NCBI RefSeq assembly: GCF_036321535.1
Contig: NC_087472.1
Coordinates: 94,738,001-94,802,000 of the forward strand
Direction of reading: 5' to 3'
Source of the DNA: Camelus dromedarius
Lineage: Eukaryota
DNA: 64,000 nucleotides
The stretch's first letter is position 1, and each line of letters opens with the position of its first letter. Shown one piece after another: positions 11,901 through 25,274 of the stretch. A program made the translations under genes and the position numbers. The notes beneath the pieces were generated by a model that made no database searches, was not told the DNA's origin, and saw only the letters and a program-made list of their open reading frames with translations.

Positions 11901-14349
11901 GGCCCCATCACAGATGGACACAGAAACCAATGAATGCAAGATGGAAAATGACCTTCATGCCTAAGCTAGTGCAGACAAAATTCTATTACGTTCAAAGGCA
12001 AAAACATTTTTGGCTATGTGAAATTAAAGTACAGCAATATTTGTGGAGAATTTTGAAGAAACAGAAGGATTTGGACAAACAGTGATAGAAGGAAAATGCC
12101 TTCAGGAAGAAGAGAATTGAATAAGCAGAGCCACAGAGGCAGAGGATCCCAGGATTTCGCTTAAAAAGAGCATTTGACCAGTTTGGTTAGGACACATAAA
12201 TCAGAATCCAGTTACAATTGAGGCAGGATATTTCTGTATCCCTAGTTCATGCCCACATCAGTAGGAGACTCACCCTTTCACTTTACCTTTGCCAAGTGGA
12301 TTTAAAATTCTGCAGACTCTAATTTATTAAAATTTACTACTGAAGTGAGAATGACAGTTATTTCTTTCCACTTCTCAGTACGGGACCACAGTTTTATTAG
12401 AATGCTGACCCTCTGAGCTCAGCAAGGAGCATGTTATAATTAGATGAGTATTACAATAGAGACTCTGTTAATGGGATTTTTGAGACGTAGTAAAAAAGAA
12501 AAACTTACGAGAGTGTCTCCATTACACTCTATGTAAGGAAGGGAAACCTGTCTTGGGAGACCACTAAAGAAATCAGCAGGAGTTAGTTAACTGAAGGTCA
12601 AACAAAATGACACGATAAGCCTTGGGGGATACTGTTAAAGTAATCATTTCAGATAAGAGACTGATGGACTGTCAAGGGGCCTAGGCGTACTTCTGACGTG
12701 AAAATGAAGATGGGAGTTGAACCAGCAGAAATGGCCTCTTTGTTTTTGTATAAACTTGAATACCACCTATCAGTAAAGAATATTAAAAAATATTTTCTTC
12801 TATACATGGAAAGTGTGAAGTCATCGGGCCTCCTAAAATGGAAATGTTCCATATACAGTATCTAAAATGATTGTCACTTGAGGTCAAGTAGCCCCTGACT
12901 ACTTTTTTAAGTGTACATTTTTCCTGAATGTATTAAAAAAATTGCTTATTGTTAGAAACTTATAAAATAGACACAACATAAGAAGATAAAGCACTTAAAA
13001 TGCCATAGTTCAGGAAAGCTCACTAAGATTTTTCTGTATTTCTATTTACTATTCGTAAATATAGTATTAATGTACCCATTATAATAAGGTACATCTGTCT
13101 TTCTCTCCAGTACTTTTCATTGAATATTTTGTATTGACTGATCCTTTTTCTTCCTTTGACTTATTTTTTTTTTCCATCATCTTGAAAAGATCATGTAAAA
13201 CAGCCTTAAAAATAATTACAGAAACTTTCATCTAATCAGTCTGAAATTCCTCTAAGGGAAGTTAAAGAAAATGAAGTCAATTATTTTTTTACTTATTCAG
13301 CACAAGCCTGCACCGTCCTTGTTCGGGTAAAGAAAATAATCCCAAAGAAGAGGCCTCAATTAGGATGAGGGAGAGCATCACATGCGTTGAAACCGTCATT
13401 CTCAGCAGACCTCCCTATGACTAGGAGTTTCTCTAAATACCCTACAGTTATAAGAGGACAAAGCAAGAAAGGGCAGGGTAAATAGGAATTTGATCACTTC
13501 TTCACTTTGTAGATTTCTCACTCAGAAACTAGACTAACTGAAATGAGACACTTTGCTCAGAACTGCTGACCTTTCCAAATATTCAAGTCCTGTCTGCAAG
13601 ATTAAAAGGGTTTCATGTGGGTTTGCTCTTTCCCTAGCATTTACTTTTGAGAAACCACAGGCATTTGGTCCTGGTATTCAAAATGGCATGGCTTTAGGAT
13701 TTCATTCTATACAATGTTTGTTATAATTTAGAGCGCCAGGAGAAATTAAATAACAGGATTGCCGCAACATAAATGTTGTGCTTTTCCCTATTTGACCTGG
13801 TAAGAAACTAGCAACTCAATGAGAAGAAAAGGACAGCTGAGTGTTAGGAAGGGGAAGAAATATTGTTCTAGTGCAGGCGTTCATCCCAATAATAGGATGA
13901 CTGTATGTTGTTAGTCACATTAGACTATTGCATCTGTCCAACAGTACTTTTTCCTCTACCCATTTGAGACTTGGATGTTATGGCAGAGGACTAATACATA
14001 AAAGACTAACTAGGCTACAATATATTTTTTTCTTATTTCTTAATGCCTTTATAGATATAAAATAAAGCATGTACAAAACACAAAGATATTTCCACATATG
14101 CCATCTTGAACCATAAGCATTTAAAATTTTTAATTTTTACTTTCAATACTCAATTGTTAATATGGACCCAGGAAATTTTACTCCAATTTTAGAAGTAAAG
14201 GTTTGCACAATGGCTTGAGAAATCCTGCTGACCTAATTTTGAACAGATAAATCCATACGTGTTTATATATCTGATTGGAAGGTTAAAAAAAATGACTGTG
14301 CTTGCATCAAACCAGATGAGAAAATCCTTGTTATAAAAAGTGACTGAAA

Positions 14350-14487
14350 GGGGGAGAAGGGTATAGCTCAGTGGTAGAGCACATACTTGGTGTGCATGAG
14401 GTCCTTGGTTCAACCTCCAGTGCCTCCCTTAAGGGGAAAGAAAAACAAAGGTAAGAAAAAAAATGAGTAAAATTTAGAATTTAAAAA
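14350..14487 (+). mobile_element. tRNA-Ala-derived SINE (Vic-1-like, variant tail)
   Basis: gggtatagctcagtggtagagc...ggtccttggttcaacctccagtgcctcc plus an A-rich tail; 13-bp TSD aaaaagtgactga (14335-14347 / 14488-14500). Confidence 0.9.
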
Positions 14488-14837
14488 AAAAAGTGACTGA
14501 CAACAGCACACTTGGATATGAATAGAATTAATCAGTGAAAATTATTTAGGTATGAGATATCCATATATGATTCTTGACACAAAACTATGCCAAGAATTGC
14601 ATTACAGCTGATCAAGGTTTAAAATATGATTCCCATCAGATTGTAAATGGTCTTCAATACCAAATTACTTCAGTTGGCAATTGTTAGAATTCTTTTTTTC
14701 TGCTTTACTTACCTTTTTTTTTTTTACTAAAACGTTTTTCATGTGTTTGTTTTGGTGTTGTTTTCCTTATTTGTTTTTTAAAATAAACAAATGAGCTAGT
14801 TCTGTGCTAGTCACATCTATTGCTTCTTCAAAAATAA

Positions 14838-14995
14838 TATAACCTGTAATGGAATAGAATCTGAAAAAAAAAATATGTATGTATGTATGACTGAACTGCT
14901 TTGCTGTACACCTGAAACTAACATTGTAAATCAGCTACACTTCAATAAAAAATAAGAATTAAAAAATAAATTAATTAAAAAAATAGGAAAAAAAA
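14838..14995 (+). mobile_element. 5'-truncated cetartiodactyl L1 3' end
   Basis: gaatctgaaaaaa...tttgctgtacacctgaaactaacattgtaaatcagctacacttcaataaaaa plus an A-rich tail. Confidence 0.85.
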
Positions 14996-16042
14996 GACTT
15001 AAGAAAGGAGAAAAAGAGTGTGAGAAGCAGGAAGGACAGGGATAATTAAAGAGAAGACCTAAAAGCAATTAACAACATCCTCATTTGACCTTATTTTTTC
15101 TTTGGCATCCTGAGAGCCTCCATAACTAAGGGCACTATATAGCATTCTTCACAATTTTTATTAAAATATTTTAATTATTTTTAAAATAAAATTTTTAAAA
15201 GAAATCTCAAATGTGTCCTTTGAACCAATAATCATGACCATTTCTCCTCTGCTAGATGATAAAAGTCTCATTCCAGAAGACAGAATAAAAATCAAGTAGA
15301 TTTAAATGGATGTAAAGAAAAAAAGATATTAAAAAAAGAAAAGAAAAGAAATGGCATAATATCCAGTGAAACAAGTGACCATGGAAGGTTGGAACCACAC
15401 AGAATGTGAATGAGTAAATTTGCCAATGAAAGCATATTTCACTGGTCCATTGGCCTCATAATGAAATGACATACTTACAAGTAGTAATAAAAATGAAATC
15501 ACTCTAATAGCGTTCTTCTTTATGGTGTTCCTACTGATTAGACTCTTTAAATTTCATCACTTAAATACCTGGGCTTCTCGTACCCTGATATTCTCCTAGT
15601 CTCTCTTCCTTTTAAGAGTTTAGTGCTAAATAAGAGAAGTCACACATGTTCTGAAAATTTTGCTTTACTGTTCCACCTCGTCACCCTCCCTTAGTTTCTT
15701 TCCAAGTCCAGACGTTTAAATATCTGCCTTTAAAATATCTATTTAAAAATTTTACCAGAACTCCATTATTTTGAAAATAGCAGGATACTTCTGTCTCACC
15801 CAAAGCTTTGCATATTACCCCTTATATGTCCATAATGGCCAATGTTGGGATTTTATAAAGTCTCTAATGCCTGATCATATAGACAATGTCAGGTCTTCTG
15901 TTTTTTTCATTTTTGCTTTTGTCTGTTCACTAATTCATTGCACAATTTTAGAACTGTTTCTGGTAGTACTAACTTTACAAAGTGAAGTATTTGAGGAAAT
16001 GTTTTAAGTTTTAAAAAGTCAAAAGAGCAACTACGTAGAAGA

Positions 16043-16521
16043 TGTAGGGGCAGAAAACTTTTCCCTTCTTTCCTTCCAGGTTCTTTGGCTGGTCTAATAA
16101 TTAAATTGAGATAAGACAGATAAGACGGGAGAAAAACAAAGTTTGTACTTATGGGAGTCCCGTGCATACAGAGGAGACCTTCCGGCAGTCAGGCAATTGA
16201 GGCTTCTATATCATCCTGAGCTAAGGGACAGAGGTCTGGGGTCTCAAAAGGGAGGAAGATAATTCACAGGAAGATGAGACTATCAGATGTTTGGTAAACA
16301 CATGTTTGCCATGCCATGCAGAGAAGGCCTTCTGATATAAAAAGTTATTTTTGGTAACAGCTCTCACTTGTGTAAGTCTAAATCTAATTTTTTTTTTTTA
16401 GGCAGCTGGGAAGGAGGTAAAAAGCTGTTCCTGAGTGTTCTGGGCCTCGACTGTCTTCAGCTTGAAACAATCTACATGCCAAAGTGGCACAGTCTGGGGT
16501 GGCATATTCTGCTCCCTCTTA
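16043..16521 (-). mobile_element. ERV1 solo LTR (MER34/MER41-related)
   Basis: tgtagggg...ttggctggtctaataattaaattg...ggcatattctgctccctctta; flanks aaga/aagg (imperfect 4-bp TSD); similar in reverse to the LTR at 56916-57461. Confidence 0.75.
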
Positions 16522-17364
16522 AAGGCTAAGCTGAATAGTAAAAAGCATATGGTTAACACATATATTGTAAGAGATTTACTCAACACCATCTTTATACTAA
16601 CATGGAAGTCTGGATGGATTGATTGCATGGGATCAGAATTACTACCTAGTGTCTCATGACAGGAAGTCATCTCTGAGCACCGGAAGTAGCAACTCATAAG
16701 ATCATTTCTTGTCATACAAAAATGAAGGTGTTTTTATAGCTGATTTTGTGTTCAGTGATAGCACAAGCAATGCCACCAGAGGCAGGTCACTTTTGCTATC
16801 TAAGAGAAAATGCTCTGTTTATTTTTCTTCTACTGGTCTCTTCTTCTCATGGCCCACAAAGAACCTCAAAGTATCTCCCATCCTTCTATTGTGTCCATTC
16901 ATATAACCCTAGTGTCCAGCATAGTGCCAGAAAAATAGTAAGTGATCAGTAAGTATTTTTGTATTAAGTAATTAAAAGAAAATCCGAATCTACTTTTCTA
17001 GATACCAGTTAATTTCTTTCCTTCTATTTTAAAACTCAATTTAATGTAAGAAAGTACTCAATATTTACTATCCCTTCTTCCTCATATCCAAACACTTGTA
17101 AGCCCACCAAAAGCAACTGTCCATGTATACCATTAAAACAAACTTTCTCTAGATGTCACCGCCTAACAGCCAATTTCAGAGCTGCCATTTCTCTCATCTT
17201 CCAAATTGACCTCCTCATGGCAGATAACTCTGAAGTTCCCTTTGTTCTTGAAACTCTTCTCAGAATTTTATAACAAGACAGGACCTCTATTTCTCTCCTT
17301 CCCCTCCCTGGTTATAACCCCAGATTGACTAGACTAATGTCTTTTGAGAATCTATTTAATAACT

Positions 17365-17605
17365 AGTTTAAGGAGTGGTCAAAAGCATGGATTCTGGCAT
17401 CTGATTGCCTGGTTCAAATTCTGGCTCCCCTAATTACAAGATCTTCTGAGCACGCTTCTAAACCTCTCTAGCTATGACAAACTGCTACAACCTCTGTTAA
17501 ATGAAGGAAATAATTTTACCTATCTCATAGAAAAAAAAAGTAAAACATATATAGCCCTTACAATAATATTTGGTTCATCACAAAAACTCACTATGCATTG
17601 ATTAT
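17365..17605 (+). mobile_element. MIR SINE within L2 fragments (~16900-17780)
   Basis: gagtggtcaaaagcatggattctggcatctgattgcctggttcaaattctggctcc matches the MIR head. Confidence 0.7.
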
Positions 17606-19325
17606 TATGAGATGCTAAAGAATAACACATACACATATTTCATTTCTGGATTCTACAACTGGAAAATCTTTAGTCATGTTCAATTCCATTCTCTCTCTCA
17701 TCTTCTCCTCAAGTCAGTGACAAAATACTACCTAAATCTGCTCAAAATGCTGTTCTGTAAATCTAGCTCTCATTAGTCCTTGTCTAGAGTTTGGCAGATG
17801 TGATCATAACTTGGGGGCACTGGGTTAGCTGATGTGAGAGGGTTGAAACTAACATGTGTCAAGTTACACTGGTTGTTCTAAAAGTGTTTCATTTTGTTTT
17901 CAAGTAGTCATGTAAAGTAGGTATTATTTTCCCCCCACTCAATAGAAGCAGCAGCTAGAATTCAGACAAGCCTGCTACATTGACCCAGGTAACACGGTTA
18001 ACAAGTACAATCAGTGCCAGCTGGAATTTCCCATTCATATATCAAGTTATGCGTTCTTTGTTTCTTAAGCGCTCCAGCAATGAAAACTCCTTAGGAAAGA
18101 AAGGCGGCAAAGGGTGAGTGGGTGGGGGGAACTCTGCGAGGGTATTTCTTCAGGAATACTGAAGTCATAAATATGCCCTGAAAGGACGTAGGTATTGGCA
18201 TCTTTCAAACTTTATGATGTCTCAAGAAGATTATGTAGCTGTATTAGATAATGAGATTGTAAACATCTCTCAGTTAAATTAGGCTTTATCTAAAAACAGT
18301 TGATTGCATGCTAGCTCTTGACAGCCTCTGGTCCATATAAATCACGATACACAGTGACTTCAACTAATGCTTTTACTAAATTTAATCAAGAAAATTCTGC
18401 AAAGCAAATAGACTATCCTTTATGCAGTAGTAGGCACTAATAACTAGCTTGCATAGGTGTATTTAACCTGGTATAGACAGTGAGGTGTTGGCATCTATCT
18501 GAGCTCTGAAGCAAGTAAACAGGAATCAATTGGAACAGTTTATTTCCCACATATCAGAGTAAAATAAGATCACATCCTAAAATGTATCTTGCTGGCTCCA
18601 AGATGGTATAATCCAATCTAAGAATTGACCACAAAGCCCTTAGATGTGCTTTTAATGTAAATTGTGGCCCTACTTCATAAAATAACATTTCATGATATTA
18701 ATTCATGATTAGACTACTGCAGTTATTTTTCCTCAAGTAATCTTTTTAATAGTTAAAATGAACTATTTTCGGGCTCTTCTCCATGCAAAGCAGAAGTATA
18801 AAGACTCTTTTTGATCTGGTGTCTGGTATTAATTTAAATTGAATATTCACTATTTGAATTTATTGCAGCAGATGTCCTTAGCTACCCAATTATTTTAGCA
18901 CAATTTGGCACATATATAATTTTAAAAGATCTTGTATCTAGGCGAAGCATTTAATTTCCTACCAAATTAATCCCTTTGGAACATTACATTGGATGCCATG
19001 GTGATTAAAAAAAAGACTCTTTCATAACAGCCAGTTGCTCCAGTAAATACCCAGTACTCTGCACAAATGGAAGCTCTGAATTTATTTCCTCTGTTATATA
19101 TGGTGCAGGTTTCCTTAGTACTAATTATGTGCTCTTCCTCAGCTCAGACATTTTTAATAACCATGTGTGCTATGCCCTTTCCTCTCTAATTTTGGGTTTT
19201 TCTATCCTGCTGTTTGAAGGAGAAGACGTGCTTCTCTTGACCCCAAAAGGACAATGGATGTGGACAGACCCAGAATTCGTTAGCAATGTGGTCAGTTACT
19301 GGAATGATCAAAGAACTTTATCTTT

Positions 19326-19491
19326 AATTTTTTTTAATATTTCATGTGTTTCAAAGTATTTATTACCACTCTTTTAGGGGGGAGGTAATTAGATTTATTT
19401 ATTTATTTATTTTTAATGGAGGTACTGGGGATTGAACCCAGGACCTCGTGCATGCTAAGCACACACACTACCACTGAGCTATACCCTCCCC
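19326..19491 (-). mobile_element. tRNA-Ala-derived SINE (Vic-1-like)
   Basis: Reverse complement ggggagggtatagctcagtggtag...gcttagcatgcacgaggtcctgggttcaatccccagtacctcca, then (aaat)n and ctaattacctccccc. Confidence 0.92.
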
Positions 19492-19569
19492 ACCCACTTT
19501 AAATTTTTGCTTAGCTAAATGGCATATACCACAACATGCATTTTCAATAACTATTTAATGTAAGTTAAT

Positions 19570-20147
19570 GTCTCCCAGTTACTTTTGCCATGTAACAAAT
19601 CATCCAGAAACTTTTTTAGAGTAAAGCAATCATTTAACTCTGTGCAGACTGTGGATTAGACATTTAGATAAAGAAGAGCAGGGGTGGTGTGACTCCGGTT
19701 CATGATGTCTGGGCCCTCAGCTGTCAAGACTCAAAGATTAGGGATGACTTCATGGCTGAGAGCTATAATCATCTGGAAGTTTCTTCATGTACATGTCTGG
19801 CACACAGGTTGGTATTACTAAAAGGCTGTGGGCTCAGTTGGGAATGTTGACTGAAACATTAATACACAGCCTTTCTTAATGGTTTTGGTTTCTCATAGCA
19901 CAGTGCTTACTTTTTGAGAGGAAGTGTCCCAGAAGAGGGCATACAGAGAACAAGTCTTCCAAGAGAACCAGGCAAAACAGAAACAAGGGACAGCTAATCT
20001 CATCTCAAAATTCACATGGCATCATTCCTTCTGTATTATGAAAAGCAAATCACTAAGGTCAATCTAGATTCAAAGAGGAAAGACACAGACCCAACCACTT
20101 AATAAGAGAAGTGCAAAGAATTTGTGGACATGTTGAAAACTACCACA
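19570..20147 (-). mobile_element. MLT1 (G/H-like) MaLR LTR
   Basis: cagttacttttgccatgtaacaaatcatcc...aagaatttgtggacatgttgaaaactaccaca. Confidence 0.75.
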
Positions 20148-20524
20148 AACAGATCAGTAAGCAAAGAAAAAAGGAAATAAAGCTATTTTGTCTATGCTCA
20201 ATATTATTGTAGTCTATGTATACCATTATGTATTTCTAAGCTGTTAGGAGATACACTGAAGTTCAAGCAGAGTGGGTGATAAATCGTTCACCACATACAT
20301 TGAAGAAAAACTTTGAATTCTGTTTGGGAATTCTTGATTACATGTCATAAATCTTCCTTATGATATGCATGGATCTAGTGACCTTAGTTTTCTAATGGTT
20401 AATCACAGAAGTAGAGTTCTTTAATTGCTATAAGGCAATAGCAAGATGAAAATAAATAATAACAACAAAACAGTAAAAGAGAGGCATAAAAGTAGGTATA
20501 ATTGACCAACCTCTTCTAGTCATC

Positions 20525-20980
20525 TGTTTTAGTTTGGGTTCCCCCAAAATTAGATATGGAGGAAAGGACTTGGGTGAATGTAGTTTTTTTGGGAGGTGAT
20601 CCAAGGAAGCATAAGTAAGAAAGTGAAGAAAGTGAAAAAGAGCCAACAGGGTAACGGGTAGGTAATCACTGTGGGCAGCAAGGGCTCACTCTGTTGAGGA
20701 CCACCTGAGAAACATGTGTCAGAATCACCTTCCTCTGGGTGATAAAAGGCTGGAACATTTAACCATCTACAACCGTACCTGTTGTTTGAGGGCTGGGACC
20801 AGACGTATTAGGGACTCCACACTTGTCCAGTGCTCTCGTTTGCAGTAAGCATTGTCCCCTGCTGGCAAGAAAACCCTTGGAGAAGAAGAGACACTCAAGC
20901 CCTTGAGGTAGGGAGCTGTCAGAGTGTGGACTGCTGTGTGGGCCAAGGGGACATGGGATGGGGTATCAACATCTCTGCCA
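20525..20980 (-). mobile_element. Ancient ERVL-type LTR (LTR67B/LTR41-like)
   Basis: tgttttagtttgggttcccccaaaa...tagttttttTgggaggtgatccaaggaagca matches the reverse 3' end of this LTR group. Confidence 0.65.
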
Positions 20981-22548
20981 TCTTATTTTTTCTTTGATAA
21001 CTATTGTTTTATAAACGGATTTGTATGCACATAGTTCAAGGAGCAGCCTCTTGTTCTACCTTTTTCCTGTCCTCACAACTCCTGCCTCTAGAGACAATCA
21101 TTTCCAGTTCTTAGCATTCTCTTCATATTTACCATTTTTCTAAGTAAGATGCATATTGTGTTGATTTATCAGTTTATTAACTTGTGTCTTGCTTTCCTAT
21201 TCTGCCAATTGAGAATTTCATATGTTACACCATTCTACCTCCCTCCAATTTTCTTCCCTTCGTGTTTCCAATATAATCCTATCACAATTCAAGGGTAACT
21301 CAAGATTCATATGATTTTGACGTTACAAAGATTTTCAATTACCAAGTCAAATAGTGGATAATGATAATAGATCCTTGCCTGTAAAACATGATTTTTTTGA
21401 AGAAAAGTATTTTCATTTTTATTTGCTTTGTCTTTTCATGTGCCTATTTTTCATTCCTCCCAAATGCTCTATAAGCTCCGGAAAATGTATTTCACCCATA
21501 TTGTTTACAGAGTTTAATATATCATTTATCTTTTCTTTATGGATTTTTCTTTATTGGTGACCCTCACCCACTTCAGTCTTGATTAGTCTATTGTACAACA
21601 ATCGTCTTGAGATTTCCCTTTGCTTTCATTCTGGAACTTCTCTTTGCTTTTCATCTGAGCTAGAGCTCTTCTTTCCTGGCTTCTGGAATTTGTTTTTTCC
21701 ACTCTCTTGGTGTGTTGCCTTCCTTTGGTACACTTCATCCCTCAGTAGTTTCCTGAGAGTTTCCGTGGATGGTAAATTATTTTGAGAGTAAGTTGTTTTT
21801 GTAAGTGGGAAAATGTCTTATTTTACCCTCACAGTTGTTCGCCAGTTTAAATCATTATAACATTCTAGTTTGACTATCTGCATCTATCTATATCTCTATC
21901 ACTATCTCTATTTTTTTTTTTAAAGAATTTTTCCCAAATTGTCTTCTAGTTTCCAGATGTTACTGTTGGGAATTTCTGTGTCATGATAATCTCCAGCACT
22001 TGTAAGTAACCTGTTCTGTGTTGTTGCTCTTTGCTTATTTTTATTTTTCTTCCTGAAACTTGCATGGTTTTGCCTTTGCATTAAACGATTTTGTGATGGT
22101 GGTACTTGGTGTGGTCTTTAGTATTCTCTCTTCTGGGCTTGCTGGGTCCCTTAATATTGATATTTCTGCCTCTGACTGCTAAGAAATATGATATTTGTCT
22201 CTGTCATTTGTTTCTTATATTTGCTGGGAGAATGCCCTCCTAGTGGTTTTCCCCTCTGCACTTTCTTTCTGTAACTTTTACAAATCAGATATGAACTGTC
22301 TGGTTTGACCCTTTGATATTCTTACATGTTTTCTCCAACTTCCCACCTCTTTGACTTTTTCCCCAATTTGGGGGAGGTTTTATTGACTTTATTTTTCTGA
22401 ACTTCTACTTTGGGGCTGATATGTTTCATATCCAAGACAACTTTTTTCTTCGTATGCTTCACATGTGCATTCTTTTCCAGTTCTGGGTACACAGTATCTC
22501 CAATGAGTATTATTTCATCAACATTTTCTCTTATTTCTCTGAATATAT

Positions 22549-23074
22549 ATATATTTAAATTTTTTCTCTTCCAGTTTTGTTGATATAAATGACATATAGT
22601 AACTGTGTAAGTTGAAGGTGCACAGCATAACAATTTGACTTACATACATCATGAAATGATGACCACAGTCAGTTTAGTGAACATCCATCATCTCATATAG
22701 ATACAAAAAGAAAAAGAGAAAAAATATTTTTCCTCATGATGAGGACTCAAGATTTACTATCTTAACTTTCATATACAACATACAGCAGTGTTAATTATAT
22801 AATCATGCTGTACACCGTATCTCTAGTACTTATTAATCTTATAACTGGAAGTTTGTGCCTTTTGACTGCCTTCATCCAATTCCCTCCCCACTGTCCCTAC
22901 CTTTGGTAACCACAAATCTGTTCTCTTTTTCTATAAGTTTGTTTGTTTATTTTTGAAGTATAACTGATCTACATCACTATGTTAGTTTCTGGTGCACAAT
23001 TTAGTGATTTGATATTTTTTAATTGAGGTACAGTTGATTTACTTGATATTTCTATACATTACAAAATAATCACA
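22549..23074 (-). mobile_element. L1 3'UTR insertion (Laurasiatherian/L1MA-like)
   Basis: Antisense L1 3'UTR (tgtgtaagttgaaggtgcacagc..., ggtaaccacaaatctg); 14-bp TSD ttctctgaatatat (22535-22548 / 23075-23088). Confidence 0.8.
23018..23042 (-). mobile_element. 25-bp extreme 3' L1 fragment
   Basis: Reverse complement gtaaatcaactgtacctcaattaaa matches the terminus of other L1 3' ends in this window; 9-bp TSD ttgatattt (23009-23017 / 23043-23051). Confidence 0.75.
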
Positions 23075-23699
23075 TTCTCTGAATATATTTACTATATCTA
23101 GTTGAAGTTTCTGCTTTTGCCTGCATGATCTTGTTTCCTACAACATCATTTTTATCTAGTTTCAGTTTATTTTTGTCTTTCATGTTGGAAGCTTTCCTCA
23201 AACATTTGTTATCTTTGTCTATTCATATAAAGAAGGAGACATTAATTACATACATTAATTGCATCAACAAAAGTAGCAGTTTCACCTAAAGATGACCAGA
23301 GACAGGTGAGAGAGCAGAGGAACTGACTTTGCTCCAAATCTGCTAAAAGGCACAGAAAAACTTCTCCACGTAGGATCTGTTATTAAACTTCCTGAGCTCC
23401 TTGAACTCTCTGACATTTAATACAAAAGTTTAGATTTTAGTACATTTTTCTTTTTCCAGGAGGAAGGTCCACAGCATTAATCAGTTCTTCAAAGGTAGCA
23501 TCCTCTCAAAAGATTAACTAGCCTTGAGTTATAAGATGGTAGAGATTTAGCTCACCAGATGAAATGGCAATTGTCTTTATATGAGTAACAATGGTGTAGA
23601 GTGTACTAGAAATGACAGCCAATGGATTTGTTCTAATATTGAGGCAGAGAAAAAAACTTGGTTTAACATTCTTTAAAATATTCATTATATACTCTGGCA

Positions 23700-24545
23700 C
23701 TTCTACATCTGTCAAAGATGGAGTCGGGATCTGAATTTATTCTTTTACAAGAAAAAAATCAAAAATAATAACAAAAAACAAAACAAGCAAAAAATAATAG
23801 TTTTAATATAAAATAGATGAACAACAAGGACTAATTGTATAGCACAGGGAACTAAATTCACTTTCTTGTAATAACATATAATGGAAAAGAATCTGAAAAA
23901 TATATATGTTTGTATATGAATAACTGAATCACTTTCCTGTACATCTGAAACTAACATTGTAAATCAATTACACTTCAATAAAAAACAAAATTAAAAAAAT
24001 GGAAAAAAAATAATGGCTTTGAAGACACTGGACAGAAAGTAAGAAAGCCCAGTGATTCCTGAGAAGTGGGGAACAAATGAGGTGAGCTCTGTGGTTATCC
24101 CTGGTTGCTGCCTTGAGAGAGTGTCAAACCATGTACAGGGAGGGGAAGCCAAGCGGAGCCTAATAGATTCCCTGAATTTTCAAGATGGAGCTAAAAGTTC
24201 AGGGAGAACAAAGAGGCTGGAGTTTGCAGGACAGACTAATGGAGAGGAAAGAGCTGCACAGAGAGAGAATCCAGGAGACCTGCAGAGATCAAGTGTTCCT
24301 CAGAGTACTGATCAGTACTTCCACATGAGGAAACTACCCAAGGCCAGGGAGAAAACCACCTGAAAGAATTAGAGGGAACAGTGCTCACATCTCTTAAATA
24401 TTTAGGCATAGTGCCTGTTCCCACCAGCCAGGCTAGGGAATCTCATAATTCATAGGACAAAGGAAGATTACTCAGAAGATTTTGCTTCAAAATGGTGGGG
24501 AAAATTAGCCCCAGACTAACCACTGCTCTGATGTGGCCTAGCAAA
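23700..24545 (+). mobile_element. Old L1M 5' region
   Basis: ggctttgaagacactggaca...cagtgattcctgagaagtggggaacaaatgaggtgagc resembles L1MC/L1M4 5' sequence; accounts for ORF 24052-24363. Confidence 0.65.
23805..24004 (+). mobile_element. Cetartiodactyl L1 3' end inserted into the old L1 5' region
   Basis: aaatagatgaacaacaaggac...tgtatagcacagggaact...ttgtaaatcaattacacttcaataaaa; imperfect TSD aaaataatagtttt / aaaataatggcttt. Confidence 0.85.
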
Positions 24546-24659
24546 GCTTACCTTTGGAAAGCAGAAGAGGCTTAATGATTAGGGGAAGGCACAAAGGAAC
24601 TCCTGATATGCTTAGTAACATTTCCATTTATTGACCTGGGATATAGTTCTTGTAAAGGT

Positions 24660-25070
24660 TGGGATATCATCAAGCTTAGTATTTTTAAAGCTGAAAGTTA
24701 ATGAGCTAAACATCTATTTTAAGAAGTTAGAGAAATGAGAACAAAACAAACACAAAGAAAAATGCAAGACGGAAAATTTTAAAGGATAATTAATCATAGA
24801 GAAAGCATACATACAACAGAAGATGAAATAAGTCAAAAGTTGGTTCTTAGCAAAGACTCATGAAAGTTACAAACTAATGAGATTGACCAATTGACAGAGA
24901 GAGGGAGAGAAGATCACACATTAACCGATGCCAGGAATGCAAAAAGGTGTGTAACTACAGCTGATGAAAACACTAAAAAAGATAACAAAACAATATTTGA
25001 TCAACTCAGTGACTTTTAATTTGAAATTAAAATGAAAAAAAATCTGAAAAAATACGAATGAACAAGTTGT
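24660..25070 (+). mobile_element. Old L1 ORF2 fragment
   Basis: ttaagaagttagagaaatgagaacaaaacaaacacaaag...aaagttggttcttagcaaag (~KSWFFEK). Confidence 0.6.
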
Positions 25071-25274
25071 GACAAGATTTAAATTTCCCATGCTCCAAAT
25101 AATTTCTAACTTCTAATTAATGTAAGATTTTAGATTTAGACCCAATAAGATGTATAAAGAAGAAGGAAAAATGTTTTTTTAAATTAAAAGTTATTTTTAA
25201 AATTGCAATCACAAGTGGCCTCCAAACATTTCACTGGGATGTAAAGAATCTTTGAGATGATGGAAAAAAATGGC

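Larger units (their letters stand above)
20990..23230 (-). mobile_element. Very old L1 (L1M/L1ME-type) remnants hosting younger insertions
   Basis: Sustained T-rich strand bias; aaatgtcttattttaccctcac and ttgtcttctagtttccagatgttactgttg resemble antisense old L1 ORF1 region. Confidence 0.5.

Noticed and set aside
12649..13480. Exon-like plus-strand segments (~12652 onward and ~13301-13477)
   Set aside because: Stops in the frames examined, no phase-compatible partner and no recognisable protein.
19417..19491. tRNA-Ala(AGC) gene (also ~37498-37568, ~14357-14427, ~5930-6004)
   Set aside because: Each has a SINE tail, altered acceptor-stem or D-arm bases and no oligo-T terminator; one has a clear TSD. 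These are SINE heads.
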